Shown here: positions 41,876 through 55,017 of the stretch, piece by piece | Layout of the letters: each line of letters begins with the position of its first letter | How positions within the stretch are numbered: position 1 is the stretch's first letter | DNA from: Eledone cirrhosa | Taxonomy: Eukaryota | Direction of reading: 5' to 3' | NCBI GenBank assembly: GCA_964016885.1 | Contig: OZ024740.1 | Span: forward strand, 96,348,001 to 96,412,000 | Length of the DNA: 64,000 bases | The notes under the pieces: model-generated | The model's input: the letters and a program-made list of their open reading frames with translations, nothing else | Database searches by the model: none | What the model was told of the DNA's origin: nothing | Program-made: the position numbers and the translations under genes

Positions 41876-44800
41876 GGATGAAAATGAAACAATCCGACAT
41901 GGGGGAACGAGACGCCCTCCCTAAAATCCAGAACTTCAAACAAAACCAAAGGATAATACACAAGACAAACATAGCTCTCAAAAACATTATCATCACAAAT
42001 AAATTAAACATTACTGATCTAAATCATCTCTATTATGCTTCTGCTAAAGTCAGTACTCACATATGTGGAGTGAAAATGAACAAACAAAGAATTCCCACAA
42101 AACAACCTACTTGGCAACAAAAGATCAATCGCCAAATAAACCTTCTCCGATCTGACATAAAATGTTTGGAAACTTCAAATTAGTTAAAACTTGTTAAACA
42201 AACTAATCTGATAAGATTGAAAAGAAAATACGATATAAATGCAACAATTTACATAGACGTGGTGATAGAAACAATCAATCAAAAGGTGTCGGCCAAAGCT
42301 GCCCGTATAAGGCGCTTTGAAAAACGATCTAGAATCTATAAGGACAATAATATGTTCAAAAACAACCAAAGAAACTTCTACAGAAAAATTGGCAGGTCAA
42401 CATACCTGCTAAAACAATACCACCAAAAGAGGAAGTGCAAGAATTCTGCGAAAAGATCTGGGCCGAAGAAAATGTTCATAATACACATGCCCCATGGATA
42501 GACAGACAAATGAAAGATACAGCTCATCTTGAGGAACAAACATGGAAACATAACAGTTGAATATCTGCGTTTAGCTCTTAGAAAATTCAACAAATAGAAA
42601 TCCACAGGTAAAGACAAAATACAAAATGTTTGGATACATCCCTTCACAGAGTCTCATGAGCTGTTAGCCCAACTTTACAATGAAATGGTTAAGGAGTCAG
42701 AAAAGATACCATCATGACTAGTTAACGGCATTACATTCCCAATTCCGAAGAATGATGAGATAAACAATCCCAAAAATTACAGACCGATAACTTGCTTGAT
42801 CACAATGTATAATATTTTAACATCTGTCCTAACTGAATATACATATGATCACCTGATAACAAATGATATATTTCCCAATGAGCAGAAACGAGTCTCATAT
42901 GGCTGTAGGCATCAGCTTTTGGTTAACAAAATGATACTGGAAGATTGTCATAACAGACTCAAAAATGTATCAATTTCTTGCATAGATTACAAAAAAGCAT
43001 TCGATAGTTTGCAACACAGTTGGATTGAAAAGTGTTTAGAGATTTTCAAAATATCTCCCGTTGTCACGAGGTTCCTGTCATTCAGTACGAAGACATGGGA
43101 AACGACACTCCTTTTGAATAGTGAAAACAGCTCACTGGAAGCTGGAGAAGTTAATATTAATTGTGGAATTTTTCAGTGTGACTCATTATCACTATTTTTA
43201 TTCTGCATCGCACTCATACCATTTAGTAAAATGCTCAATGAAACAATGGATATAATGTCTATGACAAAACCATTAATCACTTGTTCTACATGAATGACCG
43301 GAAACTATTTGCAAAAAAGTATGAGCAATTACAAGTGATCAGTTCATTGATGATATTAAAATGGAATTTGGACTAGATAAATACGCCAAAGCCACTTTCA
43401 CCAGAGTAAAGTTGGTGAGAAGTTCAGACATTAACGTTAATCGGGGGAATGTGATAAGAGAATTGATCAAGGGGAAACTTTAAAATATCTAGGCGTTTGT
43501 GAAGGAGACGGAATCAAGCACTCGACAATGAAGAAAAGGAAAACGAAGGAATGTTACCGCAGAGTAAGAGCAATCTTAAGAACGGAGTTGAACGCAAGGA
43601 ATAGGATCGATGCCATAAACACGCTTCCCATACCAGTAGTAAGATACAGTTTCATGTCATCTATAGGTCAAGCACAGAGATCCGTAGTCTCGATACAATA
43701 ATTAGAAAATTATTAACCATGCACAGAATGCTTCACCCAGATAGAATATATCTCCTAGGAAAGAGGGAGGACGTGGATTAATCCAGTTAGATATTGCTTT
43801 GAAACTGCAACAATTGGATTATCTACATATTTACATGATTGGATGATCAAACTCGTTTTGAAACATGAAAGCTTCAAATGATCATGCTCCATTGCAAAAG
43901 ATGCAGAAACATACAGTAATGAAATACAAATTTCAAAAGTTCCATTTACTACTGACATGGAAAACAATGCAGGGAAAAGTAACTACAAAGAAAGAACTGC
44001 TACAGAAACTGGCTACAAAAGAAGGCAAGAAAAGCCTCTGTATGGAAAATACCCAGATAGAGCTAACCTTCCTGATGTTGACAACATGTTAACACATCAG
44101 TGGTTGGCATCCTCTGTACTGAAATCGGAGACTGAAGGACTGATTATATCAGCATAAGATCAGTGTCGGCCAACAAATAATTATCAAACTAAAATAATAA
44201 AAAAGTGGATGCAAGCTATCATGCTGTGTATTTAAAAAACAACCAGAGACCATTGACCATATAATTTCAATGAGCTCAAACTGAATCACTAAAGAGGTAC
44301 GACAGAGCTGCACAATACAAACATTGGAATATGTGTAAGCATTTTGACCTGCCTCATCAAAAGAATTGGTGGGGAGCATCAACCACCTCCTGTACTTGAA
44401 AAAGATCATATCTCAATATTGTGGAACTTTAGCATCCAAACAGACTGAAAAATAAATGCAAATATACCTGATATAATATTGAAGGACATTAAAAAGAGGG
44501 TATGCCTACTAATTGATATGTCCGTTCCAATAGACAAGAATGTATCTATAAACACATTTGAAAAATTGAGCAAGTATAAAGACATGGAGATAGAAATTGG
44601 AAAAATGTAGAAATTGAGAACTAAAACAATACCTGCGGTTGTAGGCGCTCTGGGAATGATACCTAATGCGTCTAATGATTACTTATCGCAAATCCCAGGA
44701 GGCCCGCGTATAGGAGAAATACAAAAGACAGTACCAATGGGAATTGCCCATATACTAAGGAAGATTCTGTCAATATAAGTAAATCATAAGTCTAAACACC

Positions 44801-44945
44801 TAAAGATGCATGTGTGTGTATGTATGTTCTTTCTTGAACATGGCGGACCTTGTTGTCTCTTGAGGTCACTGGTTGTGGCTTGGTGATAACTCGTATGAAC
44901 ATATAACAAGATAAATTCAAATATAATAATGATAATAATAATAAC
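41876..44945 (+). mobile_element. 5'-truncated, decayed R4/Dong-clade LINE, family B
   Basis: NYRPITCL, IDYKKAFDS, GIFQCDSLS, LKSETEG and RLE motifs. Collinear with 55018-58100. (TAA)n at both ends. Confidence 0.9.
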
Positions 44946-45402
44946 AAATGTGAAGACTAAAATCCAAAGAGGGCTCGATAAGGATACATATATATCCAAT
45001 ATGTGTATATGTTCATGTATATGTATGTATATATATATATACATGGATTATCGTTGTGTATGGGTATGAGTTGCTGTATGTTTGTATATACGGGTGAGAG
45101 TATATGTATATATATATATGTATATATGTATATATGTATGTTGGTATTGTTTTATACAAACATATATGTATGTATATGTGTATATATGGGTATGTATGTG
45201 TGTGTATGTGTGGTTGCACGTATGTATGTTGTGTATATGTGTACATAGGGGTTCGGCTATATGTACCATTGTTGAACATATGTGTATTTACGTGTAGGTA
45301 TGTGCGTGTATGTGCGTTATAGACGCATGTATGCGTGTATATTTATATATTTATATATGTATATATAATGATATGTATACACACACACACACACACACAT
45401 AA

Positions 45403-45448
<46 letters not shown>

Positions 45449-45967
45449 GGGTTTAAGTGTTTGTTCTATACGTTCGTATGTGTGCGGGTATAATAGTCGC
45501 GCCGGGGTTTACGTACGTGTGCGCGTGTGTATGTTTATGTGCATGTATACGTATGCATGGCGTGTTTTCATGTATGAACGTGTATATATGTGTATATCTT
45601 TAATTATTATTACTTTTACGATTTTAATAACCTTTGTCACTTTCGTTCAACAAATTGACTTACATTATTCTTAACTCCGAAGCCGAGAATCATTCGGTTT
45701 CCTAAATATATTAGTCTAATGACTCCATTTATACCACAAAAGTGTTTTTTTCTTTGCGTATAATTGTTCTCACCTTTCCACATAACGACGTATTACCTTC
45801 GCTTGTTTTCGTTCATTCCCAGAGAACGTCTTCACGAACCAAAGTATCGTCTACCTGTTTTCCTTCGGTTGCAACGGTTATCGAAATATTTACTTCTGCT
45901 TTCACATATTGATTGTTTTTGTTTTTAGTTTCAGAAGATCCAGTTAAGGGAGAAAGCAGCGATTCTA
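44946..45967. mobile_element. Rearranged PLE family B remnant (inverted tail plus microsatellite-rich 3' region and CAGAAGA hammerhead at ~45927-45965)
   Basis: 44946-45000 is the family B tail on -. 45595-45965 matches the reverse complement of 52280-52860 and the 11.4-11.6 kb arm. Confidence 0.75.
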
Positions 45968-48939
45968 TATATATATATACAGAGACATCTGGTCTGCTTT
46001 ATTTGAAATTTCTTTATGTATATTTCTAAAAGTTGTTGCCTCGTTTTGGAGGACTGAGTTCTGGGAAGAGGAAGGGGAGTAGTGGGAGGGATGGTTTAAC
46101 ATACAGTAGTATTATCTCCTCTACCCCCTCTTTTACTGAAACATCTTCTCTTTCCTTCTCCATTGTAAAGATGCCCTTAAGAGGTCCATTGTTGGCCTGA
46201 AATCCAATTAACCTGTCCTGTTTCTGAATATTAGCTTAATATACGTGTACAGTTTCATCAGGATCGGATCACAGATCAGAGAACAATACAAACGCAAATA
46301 AGACAAAGAAAGACTTATATATTAACTCAGTGCGACTCTGCTGCATTTTTTTTGAGATGTGAAAATCTCAAATCACCATGGAAAATCTTCATTATGATTT
46401 ATGACTTGCCATGGAATGTAATACTATTACCACAATATGCAATTTGAGACTTATGACATTCTGCATCATGTTACCTGCGATTTTACAAAATGCTGGTCCA
46501 AATATCTGTCAATTAAAAGAGATGAATACCAACTACAAGTAACTAATGTGTATATGCATTCTAAGGAAGTGTGCTATCAGAACTGCTCAGGCGTCTCCAT
46601 GTTCAACAATAAGAGCATCTACAATGGAGCTAATAACACGTACAATCATTATTGATAAAACGTGTAAAACGGTACATAATTAGAACATTACGCTATAGAA
46701 AGCTACCTTTAGTCAGAGGGCCCCTGGATATCATTCTACAAGATTTCAGAGAAAAGCAAGAGATGAAAAGTGTATAGATGAACATCCGTGTCGGCTAAAT
46801 ATTTGAACAGATTTACGCTGCGTACAGCAAACATAATAATCTCATTTGTTTCATGATATTTTTAAGTCTATAATGGTTTGCTCATTAAAAATGTAACTAT
46901 ATTAATAACTTACTAATGTAAAAACGTGGACGTCATAAAATTCATGTTGAAACAATATACAATAAAAGATCAAGCATTATGAATATATCACAAAAGAAAA
47001 GAAATGAAATAAAAAAAACACACAGGTATAAACATATTTAAGAGCGAAGGAATGAAAACAATGAAATCAATTTTATTGTAAATCGGTTTTACTACAGCCC
47101 CTTGATATGGAAATCCATAAATTTAATGGAAGTATCTCCTTCAAAAAGTAATGTTACATTGTGTCTTCAATAATTTAATTCAAGGATGAATAATGTTGAT
47201 CAATTAATTGGTTTGCAAAAATGTAAAGAATAATAATTAACAATAAGTGGGATTTTTATTCACACGCACACCCTATTATAAGTATGCTATATGTGATTGG
47301 GTATGTGCACACAAACATACACACACACACATACGCACATAAACATACACACACACCCACACACACACACACACATACGTACACACACACGTACACACAC
47401 ACACACATATATATAAAATTATATATAAACAATGCTATCTGGAATATTGAGTTTGAAGCGCAGGTGTATAGGAACTCGTAGAATAATAGGGATACCTTAA
47501 CGGAAGTAAGCAGTTAAAACACCAAAACCCCTTCAATGACAGTGTCGGTTAAAATTTACCTCTAAGAATACAAATGACGGGGTAGAATTGCGTTGGGTCA
47601 CAGATGTGACAGTAAAAAATGAGGAAAGGAATAAAATAAGCGATGGACGATCTTACAAACTTTAAAATACACTCATCAGCTTTTAGACCAACTGTTGTTA
47701 CAGCCGGTGCAAAAGAGAAAGAAACATGTCTACTGGCACAATGTGTGTTTGAGGAAGGAACAGATTAGATAGTCTGATAGAGATGTCAGAGAGAAAAGAA
47801 TATCAAATGCGTCTGCATGGCCTCGTGTCGCTGTTAGTAAAGACAACAATGATTATGGTGGTGAAGGAGGCAGCAAGCAGAATTGTCGATTAGGCGCAGT
47901 GGAGGGGGGGGGGCATATGGGAGAAGGGATGAAACACCAGAAGGAAGGGAAGATTAGGAGGGGTAGAGAAAGAATGGATATAATGGGGAGGAATAGAGCA
48001 AGAAATAGCCGACGCTATCTGTGATAACATATATACAATGTTATCACAAACATTTGTGGCATGATGCCGAGTGGATCCTCTTTCTGACTCGTCTGTCAGT
48101 CTGTCTATCTAATATATTCGTTCCTTATACAGACATCATAACCCCAGATTCGTTTGTTTCTCTGCTGTAGGAGCATTCTATTTTGTGTGGGACTTTTAGT
48201 TAAATTGTCGAAACCATAGGCGTTTTAAATGCTGATATTTTTAAGCGTTTGTGAGATCGTTTCTCGTCCATTTTCTCTCCAATTCAGCAGACTTGCAAAC
48301 ACAACAAACTACTTAACAACACAGCATGTACTAAGAAACACACACTTACACAATCCCAAATCACATTCCTTCGGTTTCCGCCACCACCCCCTACATCCAC
48401 TCAAATTTCACCTTGACCTAAGTTTCCTTGGCCTTGATAAACGATCCTTGACAACGGATCACCTGGATATCCAACACACATACGCATGAACAAAACTATA
48501 CATTACAATATGCACTTCAACAATCACTCATACATGTGCATTCCCAGAACTGCCCGAACACAGCCAAAACACCTTTGTAGATAATACCTACACATGTGGA
48601 TATATACACACCCGCACACACCAAAATGCACACCAAAAATACATAAAAGTCACAAAAACATCACATACATCACATATACACACACATACGTAAATACTCA
48701 CACATATAAAAAAAGGCCAATACACACCTTCTCTAGACTCACTTACAGACACTCGTTCAACACACGTGAAAATAGACACTCCCACGCAATCGCACCGATG
48801 CACATACATAGATTGTACTGACACACACACACAAACATAAAGTAAAACATCATAGAGATACATTATAAGACTGCGGCAGAGGCTAAAGCCAAGATCATCT
48901 ACCAATTTTTCCCTTCGACACAGATACAAAAAAACGCCA

Positions 48940-48979
<40 letters not shown>

Positions 48980-48983
<4 letters not shown>

Positions 48984-51470
48984 GAAGAAGTGAAAAATAA
49001 CATGGTCAACAGTACAAAAAAGGGATTTATTTACTGTCTAACGATTGTTTCACTGAATAAGTTGTCTAAAAATTGCTGAACACTTGAAGCAGTGCCACTC
49101 AATTTCAAATAATATGTTAGCTTAAGTGAAATCATAGACTCGCTACCTACGTAAACCTCTTGTTGAGTGAAAGAACGCCGTACGCTACCACTATCCATAA
49201 TAAGATGTATTCACAACCTCTAACTGGATTACCTATAACGATATTTGGTTATCCTTTATATATATATATTACCTTTCATAACGAAGATTTACCTAGAAGC
49301 GGCCACAAAAACAAACAAGTCTATATACCTTGCACCAATAATACTTCAAACATACAACCCAATATTACCAGCAAACACCAAATGAAAAGCCCACACCTAA
49401 ATGCCACTCATACTACACCCCAAAATACCCACCTAAAACTTAATTTCTCTACCTCTTCTCACATAGAATATAATGACTTTCAAAAAACCATTCATCCTAT
49501 TACTCCAATATATGTTAACAACATTACTAACACAATTCCTAGTAATCAGACTAAAACACCTAAATCAGTTAATCTAACTAAACCTATATAGAATTAATAC
49601 AGTAATCCTAAGTCTCTTAGTAAACATCCTGATACATCGTATACATATAAAAAAACAATATCGAAACCGTAAGAGACGGGTTACTTTTTTAATGCTCTAT
49701 TTAATCTACAAATTAAAGATAATATCCCTAAAATGGGTTTACTATCCCAGATAAAAACTTCCCGCGAAACCATAAATACCATCAAATTTTAAATAGATCA
49801 AATGTCAAATTTTCCTACATCACTACCAAAACTATACAACAACATATAAGTGCGTACAACGCATATAAATGTAAAAAAACCACAAATATACCACCAACTC
49901 ATCAAACCAACAATAATACTAAAATAAACCACCACAAACCACCATCTCCTTCATCTATAACAAGTCGAGTAAATTCCACACCAAATTTGACTAACTCCCC
50001 TAATATAATATTCACGAATTGTTTTAACTGTAGATTCAAATGAAATTGCCCATTAAAGGGAAATTGTCTTATTAATAACATAGTCTATAAATGTAAAACT
50101 AAGAACTCCACTTATTCATATATAGGAGCTACATCTAACCAATTTAAAGTAATATTTAATACACACAAACATAGTTTTAAAAATGCCGCATAGCTAATAC
50201 AACATCCTTGGCTGAAACAATTAATAATTATAGAAAGAAAAATATCGATTACCGCCTGACCTGGAGTGTGTTCAAAAGGGCCAACACTTATCAAAATAAT
50301 ATGAGTGTAGGTTATGCTCCCAGGAACTATTTGATATCATGAAATCAAAGGATATCCTATTAAATAAGCGACAGGAATTAATTATATCTTGCAATCATAG
50401 AATTAGGAGAACCTTCAAATATTATAAACCTAATTAATATACAACTTAGACTTATATTTTACATATTATTATAATTATTTTTTTTTTATTTAGTTAACCT
50501 ATAATTAGTATTTTACTACAGAGAACTTCATAATTTGATTTACCTCTTAGAGCTCTCTTTTCATAAAATTAATACCTAAAAGTATACCTATAAACTAATT
50601 TAATTTCCTGTTATGAATCTAGATTCCTTGTAGTTTATATAAGATTGGTATTTCTCACTACTACCCTTATCCCAAAATATTACTTTCCTTCGTTTTTTAA
50701 CAACATTATTTAATAACATCTAATTCTTAGTTATCACATTGATATGTATTAATATAAATTTATCCCTATAAGTATACCTATAAATTAATTTAATTTCTTG
50801 TTATAGATCTAGATTCCTTGTGGTTTAAATAATATTGGTATTTCTCACTAATACCCCTACCCTAAGATTTTATTTTCCTTCGTTTTTAACATTATTCTTT
50901 AATAACATCAAATATTCGTGTACCCTTCGTTGGCTTGACTTCTTTTCATCCCCAAAGTATTATTTTCATTCAAAGTATTCTTTTCATTCAAAACATAAGT
51001 CTGCACACCTCTACACCTAAATTAAATTTCTACTACCATTATTCTCTCAACTTGACCTCTAACTACTTTTCTATTGGTCAATTCAAAACCTGTTCCCAAT
51101 CAGACATTTTATATTAATTCTTTGTTGTTTTTTTTCAATAAACAAATCTCATCATTTCTAAAGACAGCCTGTATATGTGAAGGTATGTATATTTCCTCTG
51201 ATAATTTGTAATATGTTTACATAGATCTATATGATATACATACCAACGTACATATACAACATAGAAACGATCGTAAAAGGATGAATTTTTTTTAACATAA
51301 GGAATTTGTTCTTTGTTTTTATTTCATTGTTTTTATTAATTCATCTTGAATCCGTTTTCCTATGATTTTCATGGAAGATGTTTGAATGCATCTCCTCTTT
51401 TCATGATATTTGAATAACATTGAGTTCTTCATACGGATTGGACAACACCGTATATTTTGCTAGATTTATC

Positions 51471-51472
<2 letters not shown>
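48980..51472 (+). mobile_element. Decayed 5'-truncated Penelope-like element (thumb + GIY-YIG) between (TA)n tracts
   Basis: DKNFPRNHKYHQILNRSNVKFSY (~49750), CPLKG, NIVYKC, YIGATSNQFK..NTHKHSF (~50120), LLNKRQELIISCNH (~50360). 3' hammerhead-like CTGATAA..GAAA-CGATCG-TA (51198-51275). Inverted hammerhead-like segment at 49036-49140. Confidence 0.82.
50580..50917. repeat. Tandem duplication, period ~190 bp, in the PLE 3' UTR
   Basis: AGTATACCTATAAA..TCTAGATTCCTTG..TTGGTATTTCTCACTA..TAATAACATC occurs at ~50581 and again at ~50770. Confidence 0.85.
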
Positions 51473-51541
<69 letters not shown>

Positions 51542-51542
51542 T

Positions 51543-51810
51543 GATACGAAATCGTGTGTCGAAACAATTATTGTTATCCTTGGGGAGGGTCATATTTTTA
51601 TAATATTGCCAGAAATAATAACAGAACACACTCACTGTTTGGTTGGGGTTGGTTTTCACTTCTGTGTCTTTATATTCCAATAGTTAATTTATGTGGCAAT
51701 TAACGTTCATCATTGATTCACCAGCGGTTACAAATACAGATATAGATATATATTTATATATAGTCTATCAAAGTTCTTTCGTTACACATCTGCGACATCA
51801 TTAGTGATAC
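51543..51810 (-). mobile_element. Family C single arm with upstream degenerate hammerhead (51765-51810)
   Basis: Homology to 27585-27680. Minus strand TATCA-CTAATGA-tGTCGCA gatg TGTAAC-GAAA-GAACTT-TGATA. Confidence 0.55.
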
Positions 51811-52187
51811 TATTATGTTTGCCCCCATTTTTATTTAATCTCTCTCTATATATAAATATATATATTTCACAAAAAAGGATAGGAATGACTTCACTTATAG
51901 TTCTAAACAATTTGATTTAATTTTATAATATAATATTATGAGTTGCTAGATCTAGTATATCAAATTGTAATAATACAAGGAGGATTGGTTACTCCTTCAT
52001 TACGTTCACTGGTTGGTGACGCGCGTTTCACTACTGATTATCTCAAGGTTTAATCATTATCGATCTAGCCCGACTCTGGAACCTAAAGATCGTCGCATCT
52101 CTGTGGTAGTAAACTGACGTACATCTAAACATTGAATGCTTATCTGGATTAACCTACAGAAATTTCCGTTACACGCGCTAGATAATA

Positions 52188-53563
52188 AATGTGAAGACTA
52201 AAATCCAAAGAGTGTTCGATAAGGATGAATATATCTCAAATATATAATCATGTAGCAAATATTTATTAAAATAGAAGATTAAAGTTTATGCAAAGAATCG
52301 CGGCTTCCACGATTAACGGGATCTTCTGGAACTAAAAAAAAAATCACTATGTGAACGCGGAAGTAAATATTTGGAAAAACGTTGCAACCGAAGGATAACT
52401 GGAAGTCTATACTTTGGTTCGTGAAGACGTTCCCTGGCAATGAACTGGAAAAAGAGAAGATAATACGTCATTATTTGGAACGAGTCGGACACCATGCTTT
52501 GAAGCATAGAGTTACATCCCTTTATGATCTGAGTTCAAATTCCGCCGTGGTCAACTTTGCCGTTCATCCTTACGCGGTCGATAGAATAAAGTACCAGTAA
52601 TGAACTGGGTAATTGCTGACCTTGTGCCTAACATACAATCAATTATTTGGAACGAGGAGAACAATTACACGCAAAGACAAAACCACGTTTATGGTATAAA
52701 TAAAGTCGTAGAGAAAACGTTTGTGGTATACATGGAGTAATTAGATTAATGTTCTATTTAGGTAACCGAATGATTCTCGGCTTCGTAGTTAGGAATATTG
52801 TAAATAAATTAGGTGAAAGAAAATGACAGGTTATTAAAATCATAAAAGTAATAATAAGTAAATATATGCATACACACATCTATACACCTACATTCACGTA
52901 CTTACACGAAAATACACCACAACCATGCATATATATATGCATGTACACATAAACAGACGCACGCGTAGGTAAACCAGCACGACACATATACCGACACACA
53001 TATAAACGTATACACCAAATACAAATATAAATATATAAGACATATACACCAAATAAACCTACAAATATATATACATATATAATTATACACGCACGCATAA
53101 ATGAGTATATAACGAACACACACACATCCCTACAGGTAAATACGCATATGTAAATCAAACTCACATATACCAAAACACCATGTACACCTACACACACCAT
53201 ACATACGTGCAAACACACGTTCACACTCATAAATACCCATCTATACACATATACATATATATAACTGTGTATATAAAATACCAACATACATATACATATT
53301 TATACGCATATACACTCACCCGCATAAACAAACATACATCAACTCATACACATATACACACATATACATATATACATATATACATATATACATATACTTA
53401 TATAAATATACATATACATATACATATACGTACAGGTATACATATACATAAACACCTACATATATATAAATATCTCTGTAAATCCACAAATGCAAAACTA
53501 ATATTATTCACGTACACATACATGCGCACGCACCCCACATACGCACAGACACACACACACACA

Positions 53564-53614
<51 letters not shown>

Positions 53615-54177
53615 CTCATAAATACACATAAATATACCAAAAAACTGATATACACACATACAGATATACACATAACCATATACACACATACCAGTATATA
53701 TAATATATACACCTATAACATATACAAGCATATATACGTACGAGAAAGTATTCGTACCTCCACAAACACACGGGTAACGTATACTTACCTATACAAATAA
53801 GTAATGGTATACATATTAAATATACTTAACTACCACATTAAATTATCCGTGTTCGTATTATCCGTTAGGTTATAATGTGGGGCTGTAATACAGGAAAGAT
53901 TTATGAAATGTTTGTTTACAAGCCGAAATTGTCTTGGATGTTTTGATTAAGATGCGATCATTGGCGTAGAGCAGTTCCAGTGCTTCAGCGGATCAAATAT
54001 CGCATGGTCTTTTATTTCAGCTATACGATCTAACCCTTGCTAGGATCTACCAGTGTAATCTATATTAGGCGCGGTTGTCTTTTTGAGTCCAGATATATGC
54101 TGAAAGTGACGTCATGTTCCTTCTTAAAATGTTAAGAAAAGAATGGGTGTACATGTAAAGACGTTGATTCGATCTAT
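52188..54177 (-). mobile_element. PLE family B 3' portion: GIY-YIG C-terminus, microsatellite-rich UTR, CAGAAGA hammerhead, tail
   Basis: QRLY..THSF..TSLSAYIW..W*IL..SY..RPCDI*..E..ISAC (54165-53910). Hammerhead at ~52283-52333. Tail matches 11643-11720. Confidence 0.78.
52485..52641 (+). mobile_element. SINE nested in PLE family B, 15-bp TSD
   Basis: TSD ATTATTTGGAACGAG at 52470-52484 and 52642-52656. B-box GAGTTCAAATTCC. Confidence 0.9.
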
Positions 54178-54950
54178 GTTTACTTTGCATAGGTTCCAGT
54201 GGATCACTCTGCCCATCACATCATGTATCCAGCCTTTATAGTGAGTCCGGGCTAGGTGTTTAAACTCGGATACAATTTGAGCCACAGACTCCTCCCTCTC
54301 TCCACGGATCATGCACAGTGGGATAGCCTCCTCCTTGTAAATATGGGGTTTCAGCCACTTCGTTTTGAGGACCTGCTCTTGCGCAGCCATTAGAATTCCT
54401 TCTGTAGCCTTTTTAAGGTCTCCTCTTCTCAACCAGTGCCATGTCTGTGGATCTCTGAATTCCGTTTTCTCATATAAGGAACTATGAAGGGATTTTTCAT
54501 GAAGGTTGCTCTTTCTCCTTGTTGTTATTTCCTCCGTGGACATTCCCTGGTCTATTGTCCTCTCCTTCAGTACAATTCTGAGCATTGGCTCATTACTCTC
54601 GGTCACGTATTTGTGTAGCTTGTTTTTCTCCATCTGAACACAGTCCTCTATGTTGATAAGCCCTCTTCCATATTCAGATCTCCTTAATATAAAGTATATC
54701 GACATTACTGTTGTAGATAGTCAATAGCTTCCTAGTCTTCCTATCCATTTCTTTTTGTTCAGCAACATTCCATCTCAGAATTCCCCCACTGTTCCTAATA
54801 ATAGACACAGCTCGGGAATGTACTGCACTTATGGCATTCCTACTGTTCAGATGTGACTTTAATACGCTCCTTACTCTCCGAATGTATTCAGATCCTATCA
54901 ATTCCTTCATTTTTTTTGTTCTTGATGTCATCAGCCTCCAGAATACCCAA
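54178..54950 (-). mobile_element. Internal fragment of Dong family A
   Basis: EYIRRVRSVLKSHLNSRN, GRGLINIEDC and LKKATEG..AAQEQ are near-identical to the 729-aa ORF. Confidence 0.9.
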
Positions 54951-55017
54951 ATCCTAGTATACTTTTTTTATTCTTATTATTCTTCTTATTATTATTAATA
55001 TTATTATTATTATTATT

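Noticed and set aside
47640-47690. CTGATGA on minus strand as a hammerhead (similar case at ~46250)
   Set aside because: GAAA and the stems cannot be assembled convincingly.
48060-48930. Possible PLE N-terminal coding remnant
   Set aside because: Only vague similarity, mostly low-complexity CA-rich sequence.
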